Shown here one piece after another: positions 49,355-60,038 of a stretch of 64,000 nt of DNA. The stretch's first letter is position 1; each line of letters starts with the position of its first letter. The translations under genes were made by a program, and so were the position numbers. The DNA comes from Acidimicrobiia bacterium. GTDB taxonomy: Bacteria; Actinomycetota; Acidimicrobiia; Spongiisociales; JAHEDJ01. The DNA lies in the NCBI GenBank assembly GCA_029210695.1, contig JARGFH010000001.1, positions 1 to 64,000 of the forward strand, read 5' to 3'. The notes beneath the pieces were generated by a model, which worked only from the letters and a program-made list of their open reading frames with translations, made no database searches and had not been told where the DNA came from.

Positions 49355-50724
49355 CAGCCGTTGCCCTGCGAGAGCAGTTCGGCCAGCTCATCCGGAAGCA
49401 GCGTGATGTCACCGGCGCCCATTGTCAGGACGAGGTCACCGGGGCCGACCAAACCGACCAGGAACCCGGCTAGATCCACCCGATGTGCAACGTAGTGAAC
49501 TTCGGCGTCGGTGAGAGTCCTGGCGGCGTCTGCCACGAGCGCTCCGGTCACGCCGGGTCTTGGTACCTCACGGGCACCGAACACGTCGGTGACCACGATG
49601 TGATCGCACCCGGACATCGCCAACCCGAACTCACGCTGAAATGTTTCGGTCCTGCTGTAGAGGTGCGGCTGAAAGACGGCCAGTACCCGGTCCCACCCAC
49701 CCTTGAGCGCCGTACGGACGGTTGCTGCCACCTCGGTCGGATGATGGGCATAATCGTCGATGATGGTGACTCCCCCGATCGTCGCCCGCACCTCGTAGCG
49801 CCGTCTGATACCGGCGAACTCGCTGAGCGCGCGCGCCGCCTCGCTCGCATCAAATCCGAGTTCGGAAGTGAGAGCAATTGCGCCGGCAGCATTTCGAGCG
49901 GTGTGCAAACCAGGTCGCGACACGGCAACCGTTTCATCGAAACCGGGTCCCGACAGCCGGAACGCCACCGACATCGCGTTCTCCTCAACGCCGGTGATCC
50001 GCCAGGTCGACTCCGCAGCTGTGCCGTAAGTGGGTCTGCCGGTGCGGTCGGCAAGCCGTCTGCCTCCCGCGTCGTCGATACCGACGATCACCGGCCCATC
50101 GACCCGCCGCACGACCCCGGCAAAGGCGTCTTCCATCTCGAAGACGGATCCGAAGTGACTGAGGTGCTCCGGTTCGACATTGGTGACGACGAGGCCGCGC
50201 AGGTGGAGTGACTCGAATGTACGGAACGCTTCGTCGGCTTCGATCACAAACGGATGCGACCTTCCGAGGTGGGCATTTGTGCGGAGATCAACGAGCTCAC
50301 CGCCAACGAGGAAAGAAGGATCCGTATCAATCGAACGCAGCATCGCGATCAACATCGCCGTCGTGGTTGTCTTCCCATGTGTACCCGTTGCCCCGATGGC
50401 GGGCATGGAACTGGTCAGTGCCTCCAGCAGCCGAGGGCGGCGCCACACGGCGATACCGCTCTCGCCCGCCGCCACGTACTCCGGGTCGTGATCGGGGACA
50501 GCCGATGAAGCCACCACGAGTTGGGTATCTGCCAGCTCGGCAGGCCGGCTGCCGGTCCACGTACGAACCCCGACACTATCCAGATTGTCGAGGGTTGGTC
50601 CGGCTTTGAGGTCTGATCCGGAGACATCGTGTCCGAGTTGAGCAAGTAGTTTGGCGAGTGCGCTCATCCCCGCCCCGGCTACGCCGATGATGTGAATCCG
50701 CTTTGGAGTATCTAGATCAACCAT
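49354..50724 (-). CDS. murC: UDP-N-acetylmuramate--L-alanine ligase
   Basis: IGVAGAGMSALA, GTHGKTTT, EADE, DDYAHHPTE, FQPH. Confidence 0.96.
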   Translation of the reverse strand: MVDLDTPKRIHIIGVAGAGMSALAKLLAQLGHDVSGSDLKAGPTLDNLDSVGVRTWTGSRPAELADTQLVVASSAVPDHDPEYVAAGESGIAVWRRPRLLEALTSSMPAIGATGTHGKTTTTAMLIAMLRSIDTDPSFLVGGELVDLRTNAHLGRSHPFVIEADEAFRTFESLHLRGLVVTNVEPEHLSHFGSVFEMEDAFAGVVRRVDGPVIVGIDDAGGRRLADRTGRPTYGTAAESTWRITGVEENAMSVAFRLSGPGFDETVAVSRPGLHTARNAAGAIALTSELGFDASEAARALSEFAGIRRRYEVRATIGGVTIIDDYAHHPTEVAATVRTALKGGWDRVLAVFQPHLYSRTETFQREFGLAMSGCDHIVVTDVFGAREVPRPGVTGALVADAARTLTDAEVHYVAHRVDLAGFLVGLVGPGDLVLTMGAGDITLLPDELAELLSQGNG

Positions 50725-51796
50725 GTGCCCGCCTGAGTTCATCAGCGATTGTGGCAGCTGCGGCCGGCCTGGCGATGTCACGCGCCGCACTCGACATTCC
50801 CCGCCGCCCGGCCGGATCCCCGGCCAGCTGCGCGATGGCTTCAGCCAGACGCTCGACATGATCCTCATCTATGGCAATCGCTGCACCTGCTTGCTCCAGT
50901 GCGGCAGCATTGGCGTCCTGGTGGCCTCCGGATCCGAAACCTCCCGGGATCAAGATGGCCGGAGTGCCCGTTGCCGTGATCTCAGCCACCATTCCCCCTG
51001 CGCGCGCCACCACCAGATCTGCAGCTGCGAAGAAGAACTGCATCTCGGGCTCGAAGTCCAGCACTACCCACGGTGAGTGCGAAGCGGCGGCTGCCGCCCG
51101 GACCTCTTCGACATGATCCCGACCGGCTATATGCACCAGCTGAATCGGCGGACCATCCCAGGTGACGACGGCCTCGATCACTGCCCGGTTCACGGCTCGC
51201 GCTCCGAGACTGCCCCCGACGATACCGACCGTCACCCTGCCGGGTTCGAGCCCGTAGCGTTCGAAGGAGGCATGTCTCAGGTCGGCGCGATTGAAGGCGG
51301 CTAGATCAGCCCGGATTGGATTGCCAACATGTTCCGCTCGAATCGCGCCCTCAGTTTGTTCGAATGACGTGAACGTTGTGACCGCCATCCGACCCATCAT
51401 CCGGTTGGCGAGCCCTGCGTGAGCGTTCTGCTCGTGCAGATACAGAGGAATCTGCCTGCGCCTGGCGGCCAAGCCGACCGGAACAGACGTATAGCTCCCC
51501 ATGCCGAGGACCACTCGCACCCGGCGGCTATCGAACTCTGCGGCGGCTCTCCGGCTCGCCCGAACGACAACGGCCGGAAGTGCCAGGTTCTTTGGGCTGA
51601 GACTGCGGCGAAGCCCTTGTACCTCGAGTTGCAGGTACGGGAATCCTGCTTCCGGAAACACTTTGACGGCCAGGCGGTCACCGCCTACGTAGAGGATGTC
51701 CGAACGCGGCACGCCGTCCGCAACGAGCTGTTCTCCAACCGCCAGCCCGGGGAATACATGACCACCCGTCCCCGCCGCCGCGATCGCAAAGGTCAT
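50717..51796 (-). CDS. murG: MurG glycosyltransferase
   Basis: GTGGHVFP, HEQN, GNPIR, GGSLGA, HQDANA. Confidence 0.96.
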   Translation of the reverse strand: MTFAIAAAGTGGHVFPGLAVGEQLVADGVPRSDILYVGGDRLAVKVFPEAGFPYLQLEVQGLRRSLSPKNLALPAVVVRASRRAAAEFDSRRVRVVLGMGSYTSVPVGLAARRRQIPLYLHEQNAHAGLANRMMGRMAVTTFTSFEQTEGAIRAEHVGNPIRADLAAFNRADLRHASFERYGLEPGRVTVGIVGGSLGARAVNRAVIEAVVTWDGPPIQLVHIAGRDHVEEVRAAAAASHSPWVVLDFEPEMQFFFAAADLVVARAGGMVAEITATGTPAILIPGGFGSGGHQDANAAALEQAGAAIAIDEDHVERLAEAIAQLAGDPAGRRGMSSAARDIARPAAAATIADELRRAHG

Positions 51797-52968
51797 CTGG
51801 CGCCGCTTCGCCGGTTGGAGACGCCGCTTCTTGCCACGCTGATGAGAACACCGGCCGCACCCATCGCCATCACCAGGGCCGTCCCTCCGAAGGAGATGAA
51901 TGGAAGCGGCATCCCGGTGATCGGCAGCGCCTGAACAACGCCTCCGATATTCACAACAGCCTGTGCGGTGATCCAGACCGTGATACCAACCGCCAGGAGC
52001 CGGCCGAATCGGTCCGGAGCTCGAAAGGCGATGATCAACCCGAGGACGGCAACGAGGGTGAAGAGTGCGATGATGACGAGGCCGCCGGCAAATCCGATTT
52101 CCTCTCCGATGATGGCGAAGATGAAGTCTGTGTGGGCGTTGGGGACCCATCCCCATCGGGTGCGGCTGGCGCCCAGGCCGACCCCGAAGGATCCGCCCGT
52201 CCCAAGGGCTCCGAGGCCCTGCAGCACCTGATAACCCTTTCCGAGTTCGTCGGCGTACGGGTCCAGGAAGGCTGTCACCCGGGCGACCCGGTAGTCGGCG
52301 GCGTACGCGAGAATCGAAGCACCGACGGCTCCGCCCAGCCCGGTTGCGATCACATACCGCAGCGGTGAAGACGACACTGCCAGGACGCCGAACGAGGCCG
52401 CCGCCACGATGAGCGTTGTCCCGAGGTCGGGCTCCAACATGATCAGCAAGCACGTCGTTCCAACGATGGTGATGACCGGGATCACGAAGTGCCAGAGGTC
52501 GTGGAGCACACGCTCCTTCTTCGCCATCACGGCGGCCAGCGCCACGATTGTGGCGAACTTGGCAAACTCCGAAGGTTGGAATTCGGTGAAGCCGAGATCG
52601 ATCCAGCGCTGGCTGCCGTTGTCACGGTCGCCGACCAATAGGACGGCGAGGAGCCCGGCGATCGAGAGTACGAATATCGGTGCCGCCGCCTTCCGGTACC
52701 AGGCGTATGGAACCCGGGCGGCCACAATCATCGCCACTGCACCGACACCCATCGCCACCAATTGCCTGGTGAAGAACGCCCATCCGTTGCCTTCGAGCTC
52801 GAGGCCGACGACGGATGAAGCGCTACGCATGGCGCCGAGTCCGATCACAAGCAGCAGACCAACCGCCAGGCTGCACAGAACGGCAAGCCGGGTGTTGACT
52901 TCGGCGGTCACCGCGTAGCGGCGGGCGGCCGAGCGAGCTCCGGCAATGGATGTGACCTTCGTGGTCAT
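51793..52968 (-). CDS. ftsW: SEDS peptidoglycan polymerase FtsW
   Basis: FQPSEFAK, EPDLG, HTDFIFAIIGEE, LPFISFGG. Confidence 0.96.
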   Translation of the reverse strand: MTTKVTSIAGARSAARRYAVTAEVNTRLAVLCSLAVGLLLVIGLGAMRSASSVVGLELEGNGWAFFTRQLVAMGVGAVAMIVAARVPYAWYRKAAAPIFVLSIAGLLAVLLVGDRDNGSQRWIDLGFTEFQPSEFAKFATIVALAAVMAKKERVLHDLWHFVIPVITIVGTTCLLIMLEPDLGTTLIVAAASFGVLAVSSSPLRYVIATGLGGAVGASILAYAADYRVARVTAFLDPYADELGKGYQVLQGLGALGTGGSFGVGLGASRTRWGWVPNAHTDFIFAIIGEEIGFAGGLVIIALFTLVAVLGLIIAFRAPDRFGRLLAVGITVWITAQAVVNIGGVVQALPITGMPLPFISFGGTALVMAMGAAGVLISVARSGVSNRRSGAR

Positions 52969-54254
52969 TCCCCCTCCTCGAGGTTGAGAACTGCTTGTCT
53001 AAACACGTCACCGCGCTGCCCGTATGAATCAAACATGTCGAAGCTGGCGCACCCGGGGGCGAGGAGCACCGTGTCTCCTGATTCGGCCATGGTTCTGGCA
53101 ACGGCAACCGCCTCGACCATCGAACCGGCCGCTCTCGAAGGAATGTGTTCGGTTGCCGCGAGAAGCTCCGGTCCTGCTTCACCGATGGCAACCACAGCCC
53201 GCACGTGGGGGTGACGGACGATCGGCTCGAGGTCGAGGCCCTTGTTTCGACCACCTGCTATCAGCACGACCGACGGATATGCGGCCACCGCGGCCAGCGC
53301 TGAATGCGGGTTCGTGGCTTTTGAGTCGTTGACCCAGGTGACCCCGCGCCATGTACCGATGGCGGTACGGCGGTGAGTGGTGGGTTCAAACGACTGGATG
53401 GTCTCGATTACTGCATTCGGGGCGGCTCCGGCCGCCAGGGCGGCACTTCCTGCTGCGGCCAGGTCGAGGAGAAAGGCGGGGTCGTGAACCGGCAGGCTAT
53501 CCAGAGGCAAGTCGATGCCACTGAGAACGAAACGCTTGCCGTCGACCCCCCACCCTGCGCCGGTGCGCTGTCTCCCGCTGACGGGAACAGGCGTTGTGGC
53601 CGCCCTCGCGGCAACGGCAGCAGCCTCTGTGTCATCTGCGTCGAAGATGAGCGGCACATCGGGCCCGGCATTCCGGACGAGGTTTGCTTTGGCGTCCCGG
53701 TATGCCGCAAAGGTCTGGTGCCAGTCGAGGTGATCAGGAGCGATGTTAAGCAGGACGGCCACACCCGGTGCGAACTGTTCGATGAAACGAAGCTGAAAAC
53801 TCGATGCCTCGACCACTATGACATCCGGGGAACTGCCGACGATGTCCGTCAGAGCGGTTCCGATGTTGCCGGCGGCAACAGCCTGGAGCCCGGAGAACTC
53901 GAGCATGTCGGCGATCAGGCTCGTAACGGTTGTCTTGCCGTTGGTTCCCGTGACCGCCACGATCGGGGCAGTCAAATGCCGGGCGGCAAATTCGAGTTCT
54001 CCCCAGACCGGCAGGCCGGCCTGCAGCGCGCCCACAATCGGCGCAGCATGCTCCGGAATTCCGGGACTGGTAACGACGACGTCGACATTTTCCAGCCACT
54101 CCGGCCGCCAGTCGCCGTGGAATCTTTCGATATCCACCAGATCCTCGATCGCCTCTCGATTGCCGTCGTAGACGGCGAGCACGTGACCCAGGCGGGTGGC
54201 CAGGCGGATTGCCCCTCGACCAGACACACCTCCGCCGAGAACGAGGAGTCGCAT
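52965..54254 (-). CDS. murD: UDP-MurNAc-L-Ala--D-Glu ligase
   Basis: SPGI, GTNGKTT, GNIG, SSFQL, NDSKATN, PGCASFD. Confidence 0.96.
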   Translation of the reverse strand: MRLLVLGGGVSGRGAIRLATRLGHVLAVYDGNREAIEDLVDIERFHGDWRPEWLENVDVVVTSPGIPEHAAPIVGALQAGLPVWGELEFAARHLTAPIVAVTGTNGKTTVTSLIADMLEFSGLQAVAAGNIGTALTDIVGSSPDVIVVEASSFQLRFIEQFAPGVAVLLNIAPDHLDWHQTFAAYRDAKANLVRNAGPDVPLIFDADDTEAAAVAARAATTPVPVSGRQRTGAGWGVDGKRFVLSGIDLPLDSLPVHDPAFLLDLAAAGSAALAAGAAPNAVIETIQSFEPTTHRRTAIGTWRGVTWVNDSKATNPHSALAAVAAYPSVVLIAGGRNKGLDLEPIVRHPHVRAVVAIGEAGPELLAATEHIPSRAAGSMVEAVAVARTMAESGDTVLLAPGCASFDMFDSYGQRGDVFRQAVLNLEEGE

Positions 54255-55336
54255 CAGATAACCCCGCGTACCGCATCGACGCCGCCGTTGGTGATGAAAT
54301 CTCCGTAGAAGGCACCCAGCGCCAGTGCGACGCCGAGTGCCGCCAGGATCCAGAAACGAACGATGATGGTTGTCTCCGGCCAGCCGACCAGCTCGAAGTG
54401 GTGATGGATCGGTGTCATCCGGAACAGGCGGCGACCGAAGCCCCGGAAGCTGATGATTTGGATGATCACCGTAACGGTCTCCATCACATAGAGACCACCG
54501 AGCAGGAGCAATAACAGGTCGGTATTCGAGATCAGGGCGAGGGCGGCGAGGGCTCCGCCGATGGATTGCGAACCAACGTCCCCCATGAATATCTTGGCCG
54601 GTGCGGTGTTCCACCAAAGGAAGCCGAGGAGGGCTCCGAACAGGGAAGCCGCGAAAATGGCGAGCTCGAGAGCGCTCAACTCGGTGGCGAGAAAGCGACC
54701 GTAGAACGAGTCGTTGCGAAATATCCAGAACAGGATGATTGTGTAGGCGCCGAACACCAGCGCCCCGGAGCCGGCCACCAGGCCGTCGAGACCATCCGTG
54801 ATGTTCACTGCGTTGGCCGTGGCGGTCAGCATCAGCAAGACCCAGATGAAATAGGCGATGCCGAGATTGATGCCGAGCGATCTTGTGAAACCCACCTCGG
54901 TAGCGACTCCTGCTTCGACGGCCCACCAGGCGAATCCGCCGGCGATTGCCAGTTGCCCACCGAACTTGGCCGCCTTTCCGATGCCGAGGTTCCGCTCCCG
55001 GGTGTACTTGCGATAGTCATCGATGAAACCGATCAACCCCATACCCACGAAGGCAAAGACCATCAGTAGTCCTCCGGCCTTGAACCCCCGGACGTTTAGA
55101 CCCAGCCCACCCTCCTGACTCCAGAACGACACGTGCGAAAAGACGTAGGCGATGAGGACGGCCCCAACGATCACCACACCGCCCATCGTCGGAGTACCGC
55201 GTTTGTGGGAATGGCCCTCGACCTCTTCCTGAATGAACTGCCCGATACTCCGTTTCCGCAGGAATCGAATCGCGTACGGAGTGCCCAATATCGACACTCC
55301 GAAGGCGACCGCAGCAGCGCTCAACAGGGCGAGCAT
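54254..55336 (-). CDS. mraY: Phospho-MurNAc-pentapeptide transferase
   Basis: KRGTPTMGG, NAVNITDGLDGL, FMGDVGS, PIHHHFE. Confidence 0.97.
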   Translation of the reverse strand: MLALLSAAAVAFGVSILGTPYAIRFLRKRSIGQFIQEEVEGHSHKRGTPTMGGVVIVGAVLIAYVFSHVSFWSQEGGLGLNVRGFKAGGLLMVFAFVGMGLIGFIDDYRKYTRERNLGIGKAAKFGGQLAIAGGFAWWAVEAGVATEVGFTRSLGINLGIAYFIWVLLMLTATANAVNITDGLDGLVAGSGALVFGAYTIILFWIFRNDSFYGRFLATELSALELAIFAASLFGALLGFLWWNTAPAKIFMGDVGSQSIGGALAALALISNTDLLLLLLGGLYVMETVTVIIQIISFRGFGRRLFRMTPIHHHFELVGWPETTIIVRFWILAALGVALALGAFYGDFITNGGVDAVRGVI

Positions 55337-56790
55337 TAGGCGTTCTCCAAATCTGCGAGCTCCTCGGAGACGACCTTTCGATCGTCGAATTCAATGACTC
55401 GACCCGCGACTTCCTGCCCCAGCTCGTGGCCCTTGCCAAGCACCAGCACCGTGTCCCCCGGCTCGGCCATCGCCAGAGCACGGTGGATCGCCAGTCGGCG
55501 ATCGGGCTCGACGATCAACTCGACCGCGTCGGCTTCGACACCAGCGCGCACCGCCTCGATGATCACTCCCGGTGACTCGGACCTCGGATTGTCGGAGGTC
55601 AGGATGAATCGGTCGGCAGCCGAGGCGGCTCTCCCCATTGCCGGGCGCTTGGATCTGTCCCGATCGCCTCCGGCGCCCAGCACCACGGTTACTCCGCCGG
55701 AACTCACCGCCCGAGCAGCCTCAATGACCGTCTCGACGCCGTCCGGAGTGTGTGCGTAGTCGACGGCCACGGTGAACCCTCTGGCGGTAGGCACGATCTC
55801 ATAACGTCCCGGGATCTGACCCACCGACTCGAGGCCGGCGACGATCGTGTCCACACCGATGCCGAGCTCGAGTGCACAAGCCGCGGCTATCAGCGCATTG
55901 GACACGTTGAAGGCACCGGCCAGGGGCAAGGACACAATCGCAGTTCCGAGTGGCGTCACCAATCGGAAACGAGTCCCGGTCGCCGCTAGTTCCAACTCGG
56001 ATGCCCTGACCTCCCGCCCGACCGCCAGCACGGGCACATCGACCGCTCCGGCCAGCGATTCGCCGCGCGCGTCATCCACATTGATGACGGCTCGCTCCGT
56101 CCGGCCTCTGTCGAACAACCCGGCCTTCGCCGCGAAATAGGACTCCATGTCACCGTGGAAGTCGAGGTGGTCCTGAGAGAGGTTCGTGAAAGCCGCCACC
56201 GCGAACGACACTGCGTCGACCCGGCCCAGCGCCATGGCATGTGATGAGACCTCGGCGGCCACGACGTCAACGCCCGCATCGACCATGTCGGCTAGAAGCC
56301 GCTGGAAGTCCGACGCTTCGGGAGTGGTCCTGGGCAGCGGTACGGAACGCCCACCGATCGACGCACCCGTCGTCCCGATGCGTCCCGCGGTCAAGCCGCC
56401 TGCGGTAACGATGGACTCGAGCAGATACGTCACGGTGGTCTTGCCGTTGGTGCCGGTGATGCCCACGACCCGCAGCCGTGACGACGGCCGGCCGTGCACT
56501 TCTGCGGCCAGCCTGCCGAGAACCGCTCTCGAATTCTCGACGAGGATCTGCGGAACAGGACATGCATCAGCCAAATCCTCTACACACACCGCAGAGGCGC
56601 CTCTTCCCACCGCCTGGTCGACGAAGCGGTGTCCGTCGGTGGTGAATCCGCGCACGGCGACGAACAGCGCACCGGGTGCTGCATCCCTACTGTCGTGCAC
56701 GACGTCCGTGATCGTGGTGTCGGAATGACCGACCAGAGCGCCTTCGACGAGCTCGGTGAGCCGGACCACACTCACTCCGGCGTCACTCAT
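55336..56790 (-). CDS. murE: UDP-MurNAc-tripeptide synthetase (meso-DAP type)
   Basis: GTNGKTT, EVSSHA, DHLDFH, DYAHTPD, SDNPRSE. Confidence 0.96.
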   Translation of the reverse strand: MSDAGVSVVRLTELVEGALVGHSDTTITDVVHDSRDAAPGALFVAVRGFTTDGHRFVDQAVGRGASAVCVEDLADACPVPQILVENSRAVLGRLAAEVHGRPSSRLRVVGITGTNGKTTVTYLLESIVTAGGLTAGRIGTTGASIGGRSVPLPRTTPEASDFQRLLADMVDAGVDVVAAEVSSHAMALGRVDAVSFAVAAFTNLSQDHLDFHGDMESYFAAKAGLFDRGRTERAVINVDDARGESLAGAVDVPVLAVGREVRASELELAATGTRFRLVTPLGTAIVSLPLAGAFNVSNALIAAACALELGIGVDTIVAGLESVGQIPGRYEIVPTARGFTVAVDYAHTPDGVETVIEAARAVSSGGVTVVLGAGGDRDRSKRPAMGRAASAADRFILTSDNPRSESPGVIIEAVRAGVEADAVELIVEPDRRLAIHRALAMAEPGDTVLVLGKGHELGQEVAGRVIEFDDRKVVSEELADLENA

Positions 56791-58522
56791 CGGACGGCAC
56801 TCCCAGCTGATGCAGTGCATGCTCCATGACTTCTGCGAAGGCAGGAGCTGCCGCATCTCCACCGTAGTGGCCGTTCACAGGCGAGTCGATGACGACCGCC
56901 ACCACCAGCCGCGGGTCGTCGATCGGAGCCATGCCGATGAAGCTGGCTATCCAGGCGGTCTCCGAATACGAGCCCCCTTCCCACTTCCGGCTCGTTCCCG
57001 TCTTCCCGCCGACCTCATAGCCGGCCACCCTGGCATTACCACCGGTGCCGTTGTCGGCCTCGACGACAGATTGGAGCAACAGCCGCATGACCCGGGCGGT
57101 GTCCTCAGAAACAATGCGGTGCTCATCCAGCTCGACGGCCTGACGAACCCCGTCACCATCGACGATGCTACTGACGAGATGCGGCTGAACCCATACCCCA
57201 TCGTTTGCGATCGTCGCAAACACGGACGCCATCTGGAGCGGGGTCACCGAGACGCTGTAGCCGATCGCCGCCGAGGCGGTACAGGGGCCACAGGTGATGT
57301 CGACTTCGGCGACACCTACCGCCTCCCCGGAGAAGTCAACGCCCGTCCGGGTACCGAACCCCCAGCGCTCGAGATAATCGCGGTGGGCAACATCCCCGAG
57401 CTCACGCTGAATCAGGATCGTTCCAGTGTTCGATGACTGGGTGAAGATCTCTTTGACGGTCAGATCGAGATCCGGATGGACGTAGGCATCGTGGTAACAG
57501 CCGAACACGTCTTGACCCTTGCTGCAAGCTCCCTCGACGACCTCGAGTTGATAAGGCACACCCCGGAACAGGGTGCTCCACTCGACGACGCCCTCTTCGA
57601 TGGCCGAGGCAACCGTCACGAGTTTCTGTGTTGATCCGGGCTCATAAGTCATGCGAACGGCCGCGTTCTGGAGGAGCGAAGGATCAGCCGAACGAACATC
57701 GTTCGGGTCGAAACTCGGATAGTTCACCATGGCGAGAACCTCACCGGTCGTAGGATCCAGGACCACGATCGTGCATCGCATGGCGTCCGTACGGGCGACG
57801 GTTTCCTGGCACGCCTGGGAGGCGGCGAACTGAATGTCGAGATCGATGGTCGAGACGAGGTCGGACCCGGGAACGGCCGGCACGACGTCGCTGGTAGCAA
57901 AGGGAATCGGAGTCCCCCCGATGGCGCGCTCCCACTCCGCATAGCCGGGAGTACCCGACAGGGCACTCTCGTAGTAGTACTCCAAACCCTCTAGACCTTC
58001 ATTGTCCCATCCGACGAACCCGACAATAGAGGCGGTGAACTGGCCGGCCGGGTACACGCGCTTCGGTTCGTTGACGAAATACAGACCGGGAAGCTCCAAC
58101 TCCTTGAGCCGATTGGCATCGACCGGTTCCAGCTGACGGAGCAGGGTCACCCAACCCGTTTCCTTTGATTCGAGGCGGGTCTTGAGTTCGTCTCTGTCGC
58201 CTCCCACGGCCGCCGCCACCAGGGATGCCGCAACCGTGACGTCGTCGATCTCCGCCAGATTGGCAGAAACCGTCACTCCGTCGATTGTGACCGCCAGTAG
58301 TTGTCCCTGGCGATCGAAGATCGTTCCACGTGCTGCAGCTAGATCCTGCCTGATCGTCCGCTGGGCGCGACTCCGCTCTTCATAGACGGTTCCGTTGACG
58401 ACCTGAATCTGGAAGAGACGAACTCCCAGGCCGCTCCAGGCGATCAGCAGAACTACCCCGACCGCGACGAGCCGGAGGTCGGCGCGAACGAATCGCCTGC
58501 GGGCGCGTGTGCGCCCGCTCAC
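56783..58522 (-). CDS. ftsI: Class B penicillin-binding protein FtsI
   Basis: RGTIFDR; SxxK (STQK), SxN (SSN), KTGT. Confidence 0.95.
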   Translation of the reverse strand: MSGRTRARRRFVRADLRLVAVGVVLLIAWSGLGVRLFQIQVVNGTVYEERSRAQRTIRQDLAAARGTIFDRQGQLLAVTIDGVTVSANLAEIDDVTVAASLVAAAVGGDRDELKTRLESKETGWVTLLRQLEPVDANRLKELELPGLYFVNEPKRVYPAGQFTASIVGFVGWDNEGLEGLEYYYESALSGTPGYAEWERAIGGTPIPFATSDVVPAVPGSDLVSTIDLDIQFAASQACQETVARTDAMRCTIVVLDPTTGEVLAMVNYPSFDPNDVRSADPSLLQNAAVRMTYEPGSTQKLVTVASAIEEGVVEWSTLFRGVPYQLEVVEGACSKGQDVFGCYHDAYVHPDLDLTVKEIFTQSSNTGTILIQRELGDVAHRDYLERWGFGTRTGVDFSGEAVGVAEVDITCGPCTASAAIGYSVSVTPLQMASVFATIANDGVWVQPHLVSSIVDGDGVRQAVELDEHRIVSEDTARVMRLLLQSVVEADNGTGGNARVAGYEVGGKTGTSRKWEGGSYSETAWIASFIGMAPIDDPRLVVAVVIDSPVNGHYGGDAAAPAFAEVMEHALHQLGVPSDE

Positions 58523-58604
58523 GCCTATTCCTCCGGCCGAACCCGGCGGGCGACCTCAAACGGGTCACCAACAAGGTATCGGCACCCAGCGCCAGGTCCG
58601 ACCG

Positions 58605-59012
58605 TCATGGTGATGCACTCAATATCGATTTGATCTCGGTCCACCGGTCATCATCTCGGCCTGCGACGACGACGCCGGGAGCCATCACGGTGCGAATGTC
58701 GGCCGGATCCGGATACACCAAGCCCAATTCCTCTGCCATCGGCTGAATCCGTTCTGGTGAACGCAGCCTGGCGACTTCGAGCCGGAGCTGGTCGAACCGG
58801 CCCTGCTCGGCCACAATCCCCTGCCGAAGCTCTTCGAGCTCGAAGGCCGAGCGGTCGAGAGCAGTGTTGGCAATGATCAGGCCGAAGAACACGGCAACCG
58901 CCAGGGTCGCCATCAACATCCACCCCCATGCTTTCGGACGGGCGAACCGCTTCCCCTGGATGATCCGAAGCCGGGCCGCTTGGGAAGTAACCCTGACAGG
59001 ACGAGCGGTCAT
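58605..59012 (-). CDS. ftsL: Cell division protein FtsL-like
   Basis: Basic N-terminus, single TM, coiled coil, LRSPERIQPMAEELGL; between rsmH and ftsI. Confidence 0.85.
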   Translation of the reverse strand: MTARPVRVTSQAARLRIIQGKRFARPKAWGWMLMATLAVAVFFGLIIANTALDRSAFELEELRQGIVAEQGRFDQLRLEVARLRSPERIQPMAEELGLVYPDPADIRTVMAPGVVVAGRDDDRWTEIKSILSASP

Positions 59013-59935
59013 GCTGCCACCTTTTCTGCAGCTCGTACCCTGGCGCTGCGCGCCCGCGGGTTGATCGCGACTTCTTCCTCCGTCGGACGCAGCGGCTTGC
59101 GGGTGAGAAGCCGCAGCGTCGGGGTTCTCTCACATCGACACTCCGGGATTTCCGGCGGACAAACGCATCCCTGGGCACGCTCGCCGAATGTGCGCTTCAC
59201 GATGCGGTCCTCGAGTGAGTGGTACGACATGACCACACAGCGACCGCCGGGGGCCAGTCGGTCGAGTGCGGCTGTCAGCGCCGTCTCGATCTCGGTGAGT
59301 TCGTCATTGGCTGCGATCCGAATCGCCTGGAAGGAGCGCCGGGCGGGATGCCCACCCGTGCGTCTCGTGGCCGCCGGGATGGCGTTGCGGACGATTTCTG
59401 CCAGTTGCGCGGTATCGGCGACGGGCCGGGCGGCGACGATGGCAGCTGCGATCCGGGCGGCGAACCGCTCCTCGCCGTACATCTGGATGATCCTGCGGAG
59501 ATCCTCCCGAGACCATTCGTTGACGATCTCCGCGGCAGAGGCCGGGCTGTCCGGTCCCATTCGCATGTCGAGCGGACCAGCCTCCCGGTAGGAGAAACCT
59601 CTCACCGGCGTGTCCAGTTGATGACCGGAGACACCGAGGTCGAACAACACGCCGTCGACGGTTTCGATCGAGAGCTCATCGAGCAACACCGCGATCTCAG
59701 AAAATGCGCGCTGGTACACCCGCGCTCCGGCGGGCACAGGACGGGAGGTCGCAGCTTCATCACGATCGATTCCGATGATCTCGAGATCGGGATATGCGGC
59801 AAGCAGAGCGCGAGTATGGCCGCCACCACCGTAGGTGGCATCTACCAACAGCCCGCCGTCGATTTGCTCGAACAACTCCACGATCTCCCTCGTCATGACC
59901 GGTTGGTGGTACGTCCGTTTCGGGTCTTGATCCAT
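59009..59935 (-). CDS. rsmH: 16S rRNA m4C1402 methyltransferase
   Basis: HQPVM, DATYGGGGH, DLGVSG, PLDMRM, YHSLEDR, NPRARSA. Confidence 0.96.
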   Translation of the reverse strand: MDQDPKRTYHQPVMTREIVELFEQIDGGLLVDATYGGGGHTRALLAAYPDLEIIGIDRDEAATSRPVPAGARVYQRAFSEIAVLLDELSIETVDGVLFDLGVSGHQLDTPVRGFSYREAGPLDMRMGPDSPASAAEIVNEWSREDLRRIIQMYGEERFAARIAAAIVAARPVADTAQLAEIVRNAIPAATRRTGGHPARRSFQAIRIAANDELTEIETALTAALDRLAPGGRCVVMSYHSLEDRIVKRTFGERAQGCVCPPEIPECRCERTPTLRLLTRKPLRPTEEEVAINPRARSARVRAAEKVAA

Positions 59936-59936
59936 G

Positions 59937-60011
59937 GCCAGCCCCCCGGGCGCTGGCACCAAAGGAAGCGGGCGGAGAAAGGGGCCTTCCGTTGGTAACC
60001 GGGGGGCTGGC
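59937..60011 (-). ncRNA. mraW RNA motif-like hairpin between mraZ and rsmH
   Basis: 13-bp perfect stem GCCAGCCCCCCGG/CCGGGGGGCTGGC enclosing a CUUCC-containing segment, at the position of the actinobacterial mraW motif. Confidence 0.6.
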
Positions 60012-60038
60012 GATGGACCAGACGGTCCGGCCGGCCGA

